A DNA stretch of 56,230 nt, filler included, from Bipalium vagum (taxonomy: Eukaryota), in the NCBI GenBank assembly GCA_037834085.1. It is 3 parts of 3 records of this genome, joined end to end, with 100 filler letters (N's around TTAATTAATTAA, not from the genome) between each part and the next. Parts side by side here need not be neighbours in the genome. Positions count along the whole stretch, not along the records: positions 1 to 18,494 come from JBBMKC010027299.1; 2 more parts are not named here. The stretch is one strand, 5' to 3'. The notes beneath the pieces were generated by a model. That model saw only the letters and a program-made list of their open reading frames with translations. It did no database searches and had not been told where the DNA came from. The position numbers and the translations under genes are program-made. Numbering within the stretch: position 1 is the stretch's first letter; every line of letters begins with the position of its first letter. Below are positions 1 through 14,230 of this stretch, in pieces.

Positions 1-1129
1 TTATTTATTTAGCCCAGAAAGAATTTGATAATTTTTAAAATGGATATCAGTTTAGAGAAAAGAACCAAAATAATTGCGTTGAGTGAATACACAAACATGA
101 CAGTGCGAAATATTTCTGCGGCTGCATGTGTAAGCAAATCAACAGTGTCACGCCTAATTACCATTCACCGGACCAAAGGAGTTGTCACCCCCAGTCGCAT
201 AGGGCGGTGTGGCCGAAAACGCAAAACCTCTGTAGTTGATTATCGGAATCTTATTCGAAACAGTGTCATCAATCCAAGAAAAACGAGTCGAGAGCTTATG
301 TTTGACCTCAGTGTCTCAGGTGTTAACATTTCATCTTTTGGCTTTTGGCTGTTGGAAGAAAAGCAAGAAGACCTATCAGAAAGCAGTTGTTGACCAAAGT
401 ACGATTGAAATGGGCCAAGAAATACAAAAGCTGGACATTTGATGACTGAAGGAAAGTTATATTTTCCGATGAAAGTCATTTTGAGGTTAATTCTTGCCGA
501 AGTTCTTACGTGCGTAGAACAATTGGTGAACCGATTAAACCTGAACACATCCAACAATCTGTGAAACATCCTGTAAAGCTTATGTACTGGGCATGTTTTA
601 ATGCGAATGGTCTTGGTCCTATATGCCGCGTCACAGGTATGATGAATAGTGAGAAGTATATTCATACTTTACAAAAATATTTGCCATCAGTGATGACTGA
701 GCAATACCCTAATGTTAATGGTCTTTTAAAACAAGATTTAGCTCCTTGTCATACTTCACATAAAACTCAGAATTTTTTGACAGAAAACAGCATTGACGTT
801 CTGCCATGGCCTGGAAAATCTCCAGATATCTCACCCATAGAGAATTTATGGTCTATTGTAAAAGAGCGCCCGAAACATATGGATTGTACTACTGAAGATT
901 TGCTCCATTCAGCCATTAATCAGTTATGGCATAACGATGAAAAAACCAAGTTTTAATGTGCAAAACTAATTGCTTCAATGCCTAATTGTGTTCTGGATGT
1001 CATAAAAGCTAAAGGTGGACATATTTTTTATTAGTGTAAAATTTTTTAATGTGTTTTCTGTAATGTACTTCAATATATCAATGATTTTCTTGAATTTTAT
1101 CTTTGTCCCAATTAATTCGAACACTACTG
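1..1129 (+). mobile_element. Tc1-family (DD34E) DNA transposon, defective; left end lies outside the window
   Basis: Transposase at 40-1034 with HTH, GRKRK, FSDESHF, QDLAPCH...SPDISPIENLW (34 residues between D and E), broken by frameshifts and stops. Right TIR ends CACTACTG followed by TA. Confidence 0.93.
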
Positions 1130-2255
1130 TACTTGATGTTTCTGGATTTGGCTTTGATGAAAATATTAGAAATCTTCGAATAATCTAAGTCATTTACCGT
1201 TGGACAAATTCTTGATGAAAAATAGTTATATATTAGTTGTTCTTCTTGGAATCATATAACTAATTATAGTGGTCCGTGACAATAAAATTTTTTCTGAAAC
1301 TGTTTCGATTTAATTTTCAGATTAACCAGGAATATTTCACTTTATATACGGTCAAATCGTTTATTGTGATGAATTCTTTTTGAATTGAATAAATCTGTCT
1401 TTTGCTTCGGCACACTATTTTACTAACTTATAAAGTTGGTCTTGTTGTAGACAAAATATTCAATAATTTCTTTCTCTGCGAAATGAATCATGATTTTTTA
1501 TCATCTTCTGAACCCATTACTAACAATAAATCATTCAAATTTAAATAATTTATATAATTGATAAATTAGCTAACTTAAACAAAAATAAGTATAGTGATTA
1601 CTCAAATAATCTTTTTTCAGTATACCTTTGAAAATGTTCCTGATTTATCTCGATTATGATATATATAAATTATATTATATTTTAATTATATTTTTAAGAA
1701 TTGCATTTTTATTATTTACTTTCTTAGAAAAATCTATTTAAAAAATGAATCTCAATTTATCAAGACATTCTTTAATTATGTAAAATAAAATGTGCGAATT
1801 TTATTAGAATTATAAAAAAGCAAAAGACAAAGGTTTCATCAAAATCAATTTTCTATTTTAATTTAAGTGTACAAGTGAGCAAGAATGAAAAAAAGATCAA
1901 TTCATTTTTTAATATTTACATGGCTAATCCAAAAGATTTGGTTTCTGGAAGCATTATCAGATCAAAATATTAAAGAATTATTTCACTTTCATCATCGACT
2001 TTTGACTAAAATTGACCAAAAATAAAAGGAAAATAATTTGTCAATTAGCAATTTTAATATTTATCACGAGAACCATAATCAGTTTTTTATTTTAGGTATA
2101 CTCATGCTCAAAAGTGTTTGCCATGTAGAATTTATTACAAAAAATAAAGAAAATGTTTTATTTAACTGTTTTAATCTATTTAATTTAAATTTATTTTTAT
2201 TTTTAATCTAATGAAGAGTTTTTTGTTTTAATATATTAATTACCAAATAATAAAA

Positions 2256-2340
2256 ATGGAAAAAAAATATTAAACGCCAGACGTGAAATAAGTCAATTCG
2301 AACGTGGTCGCATCATTGGATTATTGGAATGTGGAATATT
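2256..2340 (+). mobile_element. Tc1 transposase N-terminal fragment
   Basis: Reads REISQFERGRIIGLLECG. Confidence 0.55.
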
Positions 2341-2995
2341 TTTAAATGTAATTTTTTGAGATGAACAAAGGGCTTATTTAAAATCAGTAAAAATTATGAG
2401 ATCTGCTATAACTATTAGGTTTATAATTGTATTTTATTTTTCCTTTGTTATAGAATGTTAAAATTATTTTCAGGACCTGGCATAATGAAGGGTTTGGCTG
2501 TTAAAATCTGGTGGTTGATTTCCTGTTGGTTAGTATTAAATATTTAATCACCAATATCAACTTGAAAGAAAAAAGTGCATAAAAACTAATGGAACAATTT
2601 TTAGTTTTCCATATACGTCGTTGATGTTACGGAATTGATTTGGTGTACTGTGTTTTCTCTCAAAGGGATAAAGAAAGATATTTCGTGGATGGATATGAAC
2701 AGACTTAGTATTTGGTGCATGATGACTAACTAGGAAGACACAAGATGGAAGATAAATCAGAAATTTAAATCTGGTCCAAGATAGGGTTAGTAGTACAAGA
2801 ACGAAGGTGAAAAATGTTAAGGAAAGTATAATAGGTTGTTCGGAAAGTTATTTCCGTTTTTCAGTGCGTAATAACTTAATTAAAAGTAAAAACTATAACA
2901 TTTAATTATTAATTCAATATTTCTATCAATGATCAATATTCACAGTTTGATTTTTTTACATTTTCTAATATATTAAATTATTTTTCGTGAAAGTG

Positions 2996-3850
2996 TATGA
3001 CAAGAAATTGCATTTTGGACATATATTACTGTATCACCATTATCATTAAAGTAAAAGTCCCTCAAGAAAATTATGTACCATGTACGGAAAAGATGCAATA
3101 ACCGAAAATCGATGTGAAACTTGCTTTTCTATGTTCCGGACATTTCTAAATATTTAAATTAAAACCTGATGATGATAAACTATTTACTGTATTTAAAGAA
3201 ATACGGTATTTGAAAGTTCTTAAAATTGGAAATACATTAAATACGCCTAACTAAACTGTCAATATCCATTTGAAACATATTTTTGCAAAAATTGATATTT
3301 TCATTCCATGCATTATCAACGAAAGAGATATTATTCAGTTCGTTGGAAAATGTGATTGGTCGATGAAATATGAAAACGAGCTATTATTGTAAAGAGACAT
3401 AACGGGCGATAAGAAATAGCTTATCTAGAGTGAATACAGTTATGTAATAGAAGATATCGACAACCTCAAGTCATCTTCTAAGTTGGTTTCATGAAATGGA
3501 AGTGAAAGTTTCTGTATGCTGGGACTGACAGTGACTTTTTAGGGCTTCTACCGAAGAACTAAACAATTAACTTTAAGCCTCATTATAATCGCTTGTGTAA
3601 ATGAAATTAATGACGAGGCTGAATAGACCAAGACTGGCGAATGAATAGGAACAGATTATCAAGATGACAATGACCGAACATAAATTTGTTGATTCCAAAG
3701 AAAATATTGGATATTGGATTGGATGTGATAGCCTATCCATCACATTCACAATATTCTTTGGTTGACAGATTGAGATATGGGCAAGAAATAATATAGGGAT
3801 AAAATCGAAAAATTACTTTTAGGATGATAGGAGGAATTGGATCAAGAGAC
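2996..3850 (+). mobile_element. Decayed mariner (DD34D) relic
   Basis: Fragments HFGHILLY, RKLCTMYGKDAIT, DITGDKK and WDVIAYPSHS, with many stops. Confidence 0.7.
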
Positions 3851-4189
3851 AATAAATGGTTAGTTGAAAGTATTTTACTAATAAGAAAATTATTTTGATT
3901 CTTCTCAAAACTCGACGTTTTTTCGAACAAAATAATACCGACAAAATCCATCTTTAGTTTTCAATGAAACAATTTGAATTATCCAAATGCTTAAGAACTT
4001 ATTTTCCTGTCAACTTATAAAAATCTTGAAAATACTTGCAAAAGCATCAACCACCCGAAATTTAGGGAAAACGATGAAACTTTCACTATGTTTGAACCAA
4101 GAGATGTATATTGTTTGTGAAAATGCAGAAATCTTTAACTATATTATAAAACGTAAATGTCAAAACAATACAGGATCACATTGATGGTA

Positions 4190-4780
4190 CTTTGGACGTT
4201 AGAGAAGTTATGGATGGGGAAAAATGGAATATCATTCAGTATGAGTAATGGTTGAAAAGAAATATTTATAAAGCTTTGGTAATAACAATAAACCCTATGA
4301 TAATGGAATGAAACCCAAACAAGATATAGAAGTTTGGAAGTGTGATCATCGAAGGCTGTTTCAATAAAGAAAATTGAATTAAGAAAAGTTTTAATACTTT
4401 TTATGGGTTTTCTCCATTAATTTGCTATAAACCTTACAAATGATGTCATTGCTCAAATGCATAACGATGAATACTAAAAGAATAAAATAAAGTTCATACA
4501 AAATACTAAGTGAAGATCTGTTGAATGTGAGAACATTAATTTGTATAAAAAATGGCTGGTAACAATTTTATTTATAAGCAATGGTTATTCTCTTGCGCAA
4601 TGACCTGGACCAGTTTCAGAAGACTCCGATTCTATACTTCTGGAATATTATTAATCTATATGTTCAAGATAAGCCCTTACAAGTGGAAATCTTGATATCT
4701 TGCAATTAAGAAGAAATGTACAAAGTATTTCTCAGAATTCTCCATCGGATTTTTTATAAATATCTTTTAATTAAAGTATA
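4190..4780 (+). mobile_element. Highly decayed Tc1-like relic
   Basis: KFGSVIIEGCF (compare GSVMVWGCF) and a degenerate WPxxSPD-like block. Confidence 0.45.
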
Positions 4781-4852
4781 AAAATTACTACAAAAGATTT
4801 TTTGTAAGAATTTGTAGCAGTTCATTAAAAATTTCCTTTGTGGATAAGACCA

Positions 4853-5622
4853 CGAAGGACAGTCAAAAAGTTTCGGGAATGAAGAATATGGAGAGGTTTA
4901 GTAAAAAATGTAATTAAAAAATAAGTTATTGAAGTTGTTCTGAAATTAACTGAAAAAGATCGTCTGACAACATATGAACATATGAAGAGACATCATTGAA
5001 CATATTTCTGACTTCAATCCATTCTATTTTAAATGAAAACTTGGATGTCAGAAACCTATATTCTTATATCCTTACAATTGATTAAAAACGAGATCGCGTT
5101 AAATTACCAATGAAAGTTGTTCGATCCCGAAACACCTCCAAGCAAATGGTTGCCTGATTCGTAGTCAAATCAAGTCATTTCTTTTAGATGATGCCACAGT
5201 TTGCTTGCCTGAAGTTCTCAAAGATTGGAAAGAAGTAATTCAAATAGTTCCATTATGCTTCATCATGATGTCACTTACCATACAGCCCATAAAGCAATCG
5301 ATTTTTTGAGGACTCAAAACGTTGAATTATTAAGCCACGCAATTCATAATCCTGATTTAACAAATTACTTTTTCTCATTTGGCTCCATCGAAAAAAATGT
5401 GTGGGCATCAGTTTTCATGCCCGAACAGGCTGTTGAAGCATTCAAATCACATTTCTTCAACATACCGACTTTGGATTGGAATAAATGATCAATGACTAGC
5501 TTGACAGAAAAGAAAAGTGTACAGATTGTGATGGTGAATACTTCGAGAAACAATGATATTAATTCTTATAATAAATATATGCTTTTTGTGTTTCATTCCA
5601 GAAACTTTTCGACTGACCTACG
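4853..5622 (+). mobile_element. Internally deleted mariner with both TIRs
   Basis: Imperfect TIRs CGAAGGACAGTCAAAAAGTTTCGGGAATGA and reverse-complement CGTAGGTCAGTCGAAAAGTTTCTGGAATGA. LHHDVTYH...LLSHAIHNPDL. Same family as 40858-41520. Confidence 0.85.
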
Positions 5623-6036
5623 TATTATGACTACAGAGGAATATTAAATTTTATTATGAAAAGTCCTAAGAGTGTACCATTACTATTAATATATTTTAAA
5701 GGTTCTTGCTATTTGTATTTATTTTATTAATTGATTTTTATGATTTCCATTAATATTTTACTTTTGATTTTAGAATTATTCTCCTTTTTTATAAAAGTGG
5801 GAGATAAAATTATTAACAAAATGACGTTTTCTTTCAATAAAATCTACAAGTCACCCCCGCACACTCAACCACTTCAAGATTAATCAAAATTTTTCCCATG
5901 TGGTAAATTTTGCGAAATTCCTATTGAATCTCTTTACCCAAATGAAAATTTGCGAGTAGAAAGAAAATCCAAAACTAAAAATAATAAGTTTTTTACTTCT
6001 TCAAAGTCCAGAGCGAATTTGAGAAAGTATAACAGT

Positions 6037-6179
6037 NNNNNNNNNNNNNNNNNNNNNNNNNNNNNNNNNNNNNNNNNNNNNNNNNNNNNNNNNNNNNNNN
6101 NNNNNNNNNNNNNNNNNNNNNNNNNNNNNNNNNNNNNNNNNNNNNNNNNNNNNNNNNNNNNNNNNNNNNNNNNNNNNNN
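6037..6179. other. Assembly gap (143 N)
   Basis: Run of N. Confidence 0.99.
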
Positions 6180-8639
6180 TATTTATTAATATCATTATTA
6201 TTATTATTATTATTAAAATGCAATATATAAATTTTTAAAAACCAATATTTCATTTTGTTTTAAATCATTATTCAATTTTTGATTAATCATAATTATTAAA
6301 TCAACATTAGTAATAAAAAAATTTTAATTATTAATGTTATTATTTAGAAAATAAAAATAAAAATGGTAATTATTGCTCTATAAATAAATAATCTGATAAT
6401 AAACGATATTTTAAAAATATATTAACTTCATTTGATAATAATTGCGTTATAAACGATGAAATATAAATATAAAATGTCATGCAACGAAACCAGAGCGGTT
6501 AAACAAATTAATTAATTAAAAAATGTGTTTTAATTGTCTTTCGTTCTCCTTGTTATTTATTCATGGTGATCGCTTCCACATTATCAATCATTTTCAAAAT
6601 GAAAAAAATGGTAAATCTCCTAAAATTAATAAAAGCTTTTTATGATAATAAATAATCAAACAAATATTTCAAATTATTTCGTCCAGATTAATTTTTATTA
6701 AAATTAATAATACATTATAACTGAGAATATTCTCCAAATTCTCATTTTGCAAATTAACTTTTTTCTTGGAAAATTTATTCTAATAAAACCAATATTTATA
6801 TAGTTCAATATAAACAAATTTAATTCAAAACTCGTTATAAGTAAAATTACCATATTTCGGATTTATAAAATGATTAAAACTACGGGGATATTGATAATAT
6901 TTATATTTTGTTTTAATCAAACGTCTGTTAAGAATTAAAATGCTTCTGCAAATTTGACCAAAGCTTCATTGAAGCTCAAGATCTAAATGAGATCATTGGT
7001 GAAAGTTATTTTTCAAAATTACCTTTCTCAGATTGATTCAAAAGATTGATAACGTTTAAACTTTTATATTTTTTTATACATTAATCAATTGAAGAAAATA
7101 ATAATAAAAATAAAATTAATTATATCTTAACATAATCAGCTTTTTGAACATAGGTTTTATAGCATGTTATCGCTCAGTCTCTTGATAATACGTAAAATCT
7201 CCTGACAAAAATGATAGAATTGATATTTTAATCACATTGAAAACACGCACTGAAACAAGAATTTTATTATCATGTAATAGTTAAAAATATCTCCGATCTC
7301 TAATTAAATTAAAATAAATTAATATATTAATTCATGGAAAACATGAAATTATAACAACATATCAGAAGTACTTTATTTATTTATATTATATTTTACTTAC
7401 AATTTTAATGGGCTACATAATTTAATTATCAAATCATTTTATTCCATCTTTTAATTTTAAAAATTAAAACAAAAATAATCCATTAATTTTAAGTTGTTTA
7501 AATTAATTGTTTAATAAAAACGCAACTGATTATTATCGATATATTTTTGTCTTTAAATGTGTTAAACAGGAAAAAATATTAGACAGATTAAAACAATATT
7601 ATATCTAATTTTATCATGTTGAATTTTCTTAAATCGTTATTATAAATATTAGGTTCCCTAAGAAAAACGGTGATATTAAATCAATTTCTTATAAATAAAG
7701 TTAGATTTAATTATTACGTGGATATTTAATCGATTATTTTATCTTTGTTTAAATAAAATTGTTTCTAGAAACATTTTTAAATATCAAAATATTTATCCAG
7801 TTAAGACACATTGGATAAATGAGTTTTCTACTGCATGAGATTGACCAGGGTTCTTTGCAAGTGTTACTCACATAAAATTGATTGATATTACTTTGTATTA
7901 AATATGTTAAATTAAAACTTTACTTTTTGATCGCCTGTCTCTTTTCGGAACACTTAATATTTTTATGATAAAAACTAGAAAATATTTTGCTTGATTTTTC
8001 ATTAAAATCTGTCCACTGTATTATAAAATTTTTTTAATAAAATGAAATATAATAAGTATATCTACCGTGTTTTTCATAATATAAGACCGGATTTTATAAA
8101 CATAATGACAGAAATCCAAACATGGTCTTTATTCGAGATGGGCTTTATATTTAAATGATTTTAAATATATATTCAGACTTCATATTTGAAGTTCTTGTTC
8201 GTCAAGACACTCACGAACTGAAGATCCTAATCGTTCACGATTTGAAATAAATAATCTGAGTCAAGAAAGCATGCTCGGAACGCACTCATAATACAAATAT
8301 TATTTATCTTCTCCTACAATCTCTTATCTAGGAAAAACCTTTCAATAATCCTTATTTAGCAAAAAGTTTTCTTTTTTGTTACTTACATTCTGCCTTTAAT
8401 ATACTCATTAATGTCACACCGTATATAAAACTTAAATGACTTCTTGATGCTTATCTCTAAAGGTGATTTCATTCCTACGGAAATCATAACATAATCAATT
8501 TTCTTTCAAATACTTTGTTAATTAATAATCTTTAATTTTTAGATCTTGTATTATAGTTATATACTTACTCCAAAACACTATTTGTTAAAATTAATTAAAA
8601 TAAAATAAGACAAATATATTAACAACGTTTATTATATCG

Positions 8640-9700
8640 AATGTGACCCATTAACATTTAAACCTCTCTGCTTTATGATTTCCGTTACCATCCGAGATTT
8701 GCTTTCAGAAATAGAAGTCAACGTTTCAGGTTTGAGAGAAATTCTCTTCTAATGAAAACCACAATTCGCCAACATTTTTACATTTATTCCTGAGAACTTG
8801 CTTATTGAGAGACATGAAAAAACCGATGTTGTTTTCATTTAAATCTGGAGACTATGCTGGTTGGTTAATAGTGGTTATGCTGGGCAAAAGACTATCTCCG
8901 AACTCATTGAAGCGTTCAACATTATTCTTTCCAATGTGTGGGCGAGCATTGTCCATTTGCAGAGTCACATTCTGACACGACTGCATTTTTTTTATAAATC
9001 ACAGGCATAACTTCAATGATCATCACGTCATAAAAACTATCTACCGTTATTCTGCAATCAATTTTGTATGAGTCACCCTTATGATAATTTTTTGTAAGAA
9101 TGCTGGGTCTCGATATTTTTCTGAATCCTCCAGACACCAATCAATCCATTTTCAACATCAGGCTTCGCAATAGCCATGAGAATCATGATCTTTGATGGAT
9201 TATCTTTACTGAGTAGTGGCTGCTTTCTTCGCTGACTGCTGCTGTCATGATATCGTTCCCGCTGGAAGAATTACAATTCAAGCCACTTTTCATCACTGTC
9301 AACCTTCTATTGATGATGACGATTCTATCCACACCATTTTAGCCTCTTCAATTTCTGGTCTTCACTTAACAGAGGGCATGTTCTTCTGAAATAAGTTTAA
9401 TTCCTTCTTTGATAATTCTTTGAACACTTGTATGTGGAAATTTAATCTCCTCGAAATACACATAATTCTAGAGGATCTCCGCTTCCGAATAGATTCCACA
9501 ACTTGTTGCTGTCTGCCAACATTTCCTTCGGTATGCTTTCTTCCTGATTCACTCTTTCTGTCCAGAGTATATGTTTCAAAAAATTTCTTTTCTAAATCTT
9601 TGTTAACATTAAATGCATCGCATAAGCTTTCTATTGTTTCGTACTGTGGCGTTACTTGGTCAATTTTCATGAGAATTCTCTCATAGTGAATTAAGATTAA
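8640..9700 (-). mobile_element. Decayed DD39D-like (plant-mariner/Guest type) Tc1/mariner element
   Basis: Frameshifted blocks SDEKW, KIMILMAIAKPDVENGLIGVWR and LQMDNARPH...QPA*SPDLNENNIGFF. HTH-like N-terminus in ORF 9362..9670. Confidence 0.75.
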
Positions 9701-10881
9701 TATTTTTTTATCATTAGATAACGTCAGCTATAATAATCAATATTACATCAATTAAACAAACTTGACTTACAAATTCTTTTATAAAATAAATAAATCTGGT
9801 CTTTTATGGTATGACGTATATAATCAAATACTGTTCGAATTCTTCAAATATTACGAAGTAGACAATTTTTAAATTCTACAAATAACAATGAAGAATAATT
9901 TCCGAGATGTTTAGTTTAATTAAAAAACAATTTTTAATCAAATTGAAATATTTTTTAATTAATTTAATTTTCACCTAACGTTTTTTTTTATATATTAATA
10001 ATAATAATAATATTTTCACAATTAACAAATTTAGAATTGTAAATATTTTACACTAAAAATAAAAAATAAATAAATAATAAAAGAAAAAGTAAATAAATAA
10101 AATGGATATTTTTATTTCTGAATATAAATTGCTAACAGAAAACTTTACACAAAAATTCATCATATAGTTTTTTGAAAAGATTCCCATGTGTAAAAATGGA
10201 ATATTAATTAATTAATAATAGATGATTTATTAATCAAATTATCATTATCGCTCTGTGAAAATGATTTTTGTGTTTATAAACGCTATTCATGCGATAGACA
10301 ATTGCTGTCTATATACAAAAACTTAAAACTATTATTTTATTTATTAATCTTGACTGATGATTTAATAACACCTAAATTGTAGAAATTTGCCTATGTAAAG
10401 TTGAGAGTTTATTTCTCGATTTGTTTTGTATGGGAAATTCTATAGAGTAATCCATAAATTGTACCGAATTTCTTTAAATTCATAATCCCGGATTTCACGA
10501 GTTTGTTTTAATTCTCAACTAAATTTCCTTAGCAAACTTGACAGGAACAAAACAAATTCATTTACACTTTTGTCAAATTATCCTTTTGATTTTACTGATA
10601 ATCTTCTTTCATTCATTATATTTTAATTAAAATTCTTTTTCACTGTTTATTTTTTATGTGAATTTTAATGGAAATCTTTTTATAAAAGGAAATACGTTCT
10701 TTTTCCTCCATTTTAATATCACTTATTTTTGTTTATGAAATATTGCTTATTTTGATTGAATTGTTACACGTGCATTTTTATTTTACTGAAATTATTGAAA
10801 TTTGTTTTTATTTTTAAGTTAATTTAACAATTAAAATATGAGAATATGATAATTAATATAATGTAAATAAAATAATGAAAT

Positions 10882-11392
10882 ATGATAACTGTGAAATTTT
10901 TGTTTTAATGTGCATTGTTTAAAAGGTTGATCGATATTTATTGCGAACTGGCAATACAATATACCTAAACCAACAATTCTATTATTATTAATATTTATTT
11001 TTATAGTTATATTATTTTGTTGTCATTTTTAATAATAATATAAAATCAAAGCAATAATAATTTCATTAATTAATTTCATTAAATCAAATTACTTTTAAAA
11101 ATTTTTCAAACATGGACTTCACCTTTTTATTAAAACTAAATTATTTACTTTATAAAACTTTACTAACATGTATTTAAAATATTTATTTAAATATTTAAAA
11201 AACCGTAACTTAATAATTTTTAAAAACTTAAATTAAAACATTTAATAATTGTTAATTTAGGCTTGAAGTCCTTATTTTAAAAAATTCAAGCAACCTAGTT
11301 GTTCGAACCACTCCTTATAATGATAATTGTGAAATTATTTGTTTTGATGTGCATTGTTAAGAAGGTTGATCGATATTTATTGCGAACTAGCA
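10882..11392. repeat. Imperfect ~72-bp direct repeat (10882-10953 and 11320-11392)
   Basis: Both copies share ...TGTGCATTGTT..AAGGTTGATCGATATTTATTGCGAACT.GCA. Confidence 0.85.
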
Positions 11393-12070
11393 GTAAAACA
11401 TTAGTTAGAGGTCACCTGACTTGGCTGGAATTTGGTGAGAATAAATAAAGTGAGTATCCGATTTTAAATTGTAATACCGCTAAATCAAATTAGAATTTGA
11501 ACTTCCTCCATCTTAATGGAAATTTTTAAAAACTTTTTAATGAACATAAAAATATTCACTATTTATTTATTCCGTAAAAATAGTGTTAGTTTTAGTTTTA
11601 TGATGAAATTGATAGAAAAATCAGATTATTGGTTAATTGATAATTCTTCACCCCTACCTGCAATTAATTGAAATGATAAAAAAACAACATTTTTTACCAT
11701 ATGAAAAAGAAAAAATTCAATTATTAACAATGTTTAGAAAAAGTGAGAGCAAAATATCTTTAAAAATAATATGAAAAAGTAACTTTCACGTTGATAATTT
11801 TCAGCAATTCTTAAAATCTTAGAGTAATATGATATGAGAATTAATAAAATAAAAAATATTAAATTTTGAAAAGAAATAGACAAAACTCAAGTGTTCCTTA
11901 CAATGAAAATCATCGTTTTGTTTTAATTACTCTCAGAGCAATTATATAAATTATTTATAATATTGAATCCCAATTTTATGTACTCAATGCCTAAATTGTA
12001 ATTCTATATTAATTGTTTTAGTAAATAATTCTTGAAAATTATTTTTTCTGTCATTTTTTATGAAAAAATT

Positions 12071-12141
12071 GATTATTATTATTATTATTAATTTTATTAT
12101 TATTATTATTATTAGTAGTAGTAGTAGTAGTAGTAGTAGTA
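12071..12141. repeat. Compound (TAT)n(TAG)n microsatellite
   Basis: Direct inspection. Confidence 0.9.
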
Positions 12142-12529
12142 TTGTTGTTAATTTTTTTTCTATTATTTATATAATTTTTATTAATATTATGTAAATTATT
12201 AATTTCAAATGGAAGATAAAATAATCTATTAAGACCAGTAAGATATTTATAAATTATTTTAAATACAACTATTTATGTAACAAAATAAACAACTGAAGTA
12301 TGAAAGAGCAATTAATTTTTTATCACATAAATAATATTATATTTAAGAATAATAACATTTTATTTTTATTTTTATCAATTTTTAAGAAATTATTATATTT
12401 ACTAATTCACAAATTCTTTAATTAGTAAAATTATTCACCAAAATTTTTAGACTCTGTACCCTTTTATTCATATATACCCATTTTCAATAAATATGTATCA
12501 CAAAAAAATTAAAATGAACAATTAGAATT

Positions 12530-12993
12530 TTCACATATATATTTGGTTGTGATTCGACGATCTTCTCACAGTAAAGATTCACATTTTTCTTTATCTTGTC
12601 AGAAATTTCACATGGTCATCCAGTCCTTTGGTCATCAAAAACTGACTGTCTCCCCTGTTTAAATAGTTCAATTCACGTGCAAATTGTTCTGCGTGAAAAT
12701 TGTTCCTCGCTATATGTCTCGTTTAATTGGGAAAACAATTGGTAATTGAGAACATGGCTCAAAACCAGGAACTTTATAACACTTCAATATTCCACTTTAT
12801 CAATCATGATTTGCATTAAATTACAAAACCCCACGAATATCAATATAAACTGTAATGATAATTTAAAACAAACTACACAAATTAAACCTATAACAATATA
12901 GTTACAATAAAAATTTCAGTGCATGACAAAATTATATAAATTACTATATTGAATATTATATTATAATTTCTCGGACTTATTGAGCGCACCACG
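12530..12993 (-). mobile_element. Mariner 5' fragment
   Basis: ELFKQGRQSVFDDQRTG*P block, and a TIR-like end CGTGGTGCGCTCAATAAGTCCGAG next to TA. Confidence 0.7.
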
Positions 12994-13039
12994 TACATTT
13001 CATAAATAGATATTTAAAAACATGTAGAGATTTAAAGAG

Positions 13040-14021
13040 CGAGTCATGTCACCGCGTCTTCATCTTGACATATAATTAGAAGATTTATTTTCCCTTGAGG
13101 ACTATCGAACCATTTTTTTTAAACTGGTTTTAAATAAATAACTTTTTTAGGATAACAGAAGGTCGTAGCTGTTGATATTCTATGATACATGATATTCCAT
13201 ATATGTTCTATAGGAGATAAATCTGATGAATATATTGATGAAGTTATTGTTTCTCCTTCTGATTCTTGCAAAACCTTTTCTGTTATATTATTAATATGAG
13301 TTTTCGCATTGCCTTGTTGAAAACTGCTTTCTGAATGTGTTTTCATTAATAGAAGTAATACAGGCTTCGGAATTTCATCAATATATTAAAAACCATTCAA
13401 ATTATCTCTGATAAACACACGGTGGAGACCAAAATCCAAAGCATATGGTCCTAAATACCACAACTTCAGTCGTAACTCACTTGTGACTTTATAAGATTTA
13501 ATCAACATTTTATAGTGGGTAACGTCTAACCCACAATCCTCTATCACTTTATCATAAATAGAATCCTATTTCATCACTTAAGATGATGCAATATCATTTT
13601 TCACTTCAATGTTGTCTTTCTTGACATCAGATAAGTTTTTAAATGAGCGGTTTTATGATTTTATGTCAATGGTTAACATCGCTTTTAAACACCAATATAA
13701 CTCAATCCTCAGTTTGCAGTGTTCTGGGACACATTTTTTCTTTGTTTTTTTTCCATTTTATGTTGATTTTTTTGGTTGGCATAAATGTCTTTACGAGATT
13801 CAGATTTCAATTCTCACGTTCTTTAGTGTTTCTATGTTTTCCACTGCCAGTGTGACGATGCTGCACGTCTTATTCACAACACTTAAAATAGTAAAATGAT
13901 TTCATCTCAAAGATCATTTTATTTCTCTGAAACTCATTTCACCTTCATGAAATCCTACTATTCCACCTCTTTCAATGTCCAATAGTTGACTGAAATGTTT
14001 TGTTTTTATTATTCTAGTCAT
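13040..14021 (-). mobile_element. Decayed Tc1 (DD34E) relic
   Basis: N-terminus KHFSQLLDIERGGIVG and catalytic block FQQGNAKTH...SSDLSPIEHIW. Confidence 0.8.
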
Positions 14022-14230
14022 ATTGCTAAATGTAATGAGTACGTCTTATCATTCATATATGATTTACCTACCTTTTTAAATGAAGCACAAATGAAAATAT
14101 TGATATCTGATTAAATTAGATTGATTAAACAACATATGCAATAATTTCGATGCAATTCATTAATGTAATAAGATATATTTTTATTAAAAGCAGTATATTT
14201 CATTTTTGATCTGATCTGCCGGGAATTATA

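Noticed and set aside
5950-6253. ORFs spanning the N gap, and the many Ile/Phe/Asn/Lys-rich 60-100 aa ORFs across the window
   Set aside because: They are artefacts of Ns and extreme AT content, or antisense and alternative frames of transposon relics.
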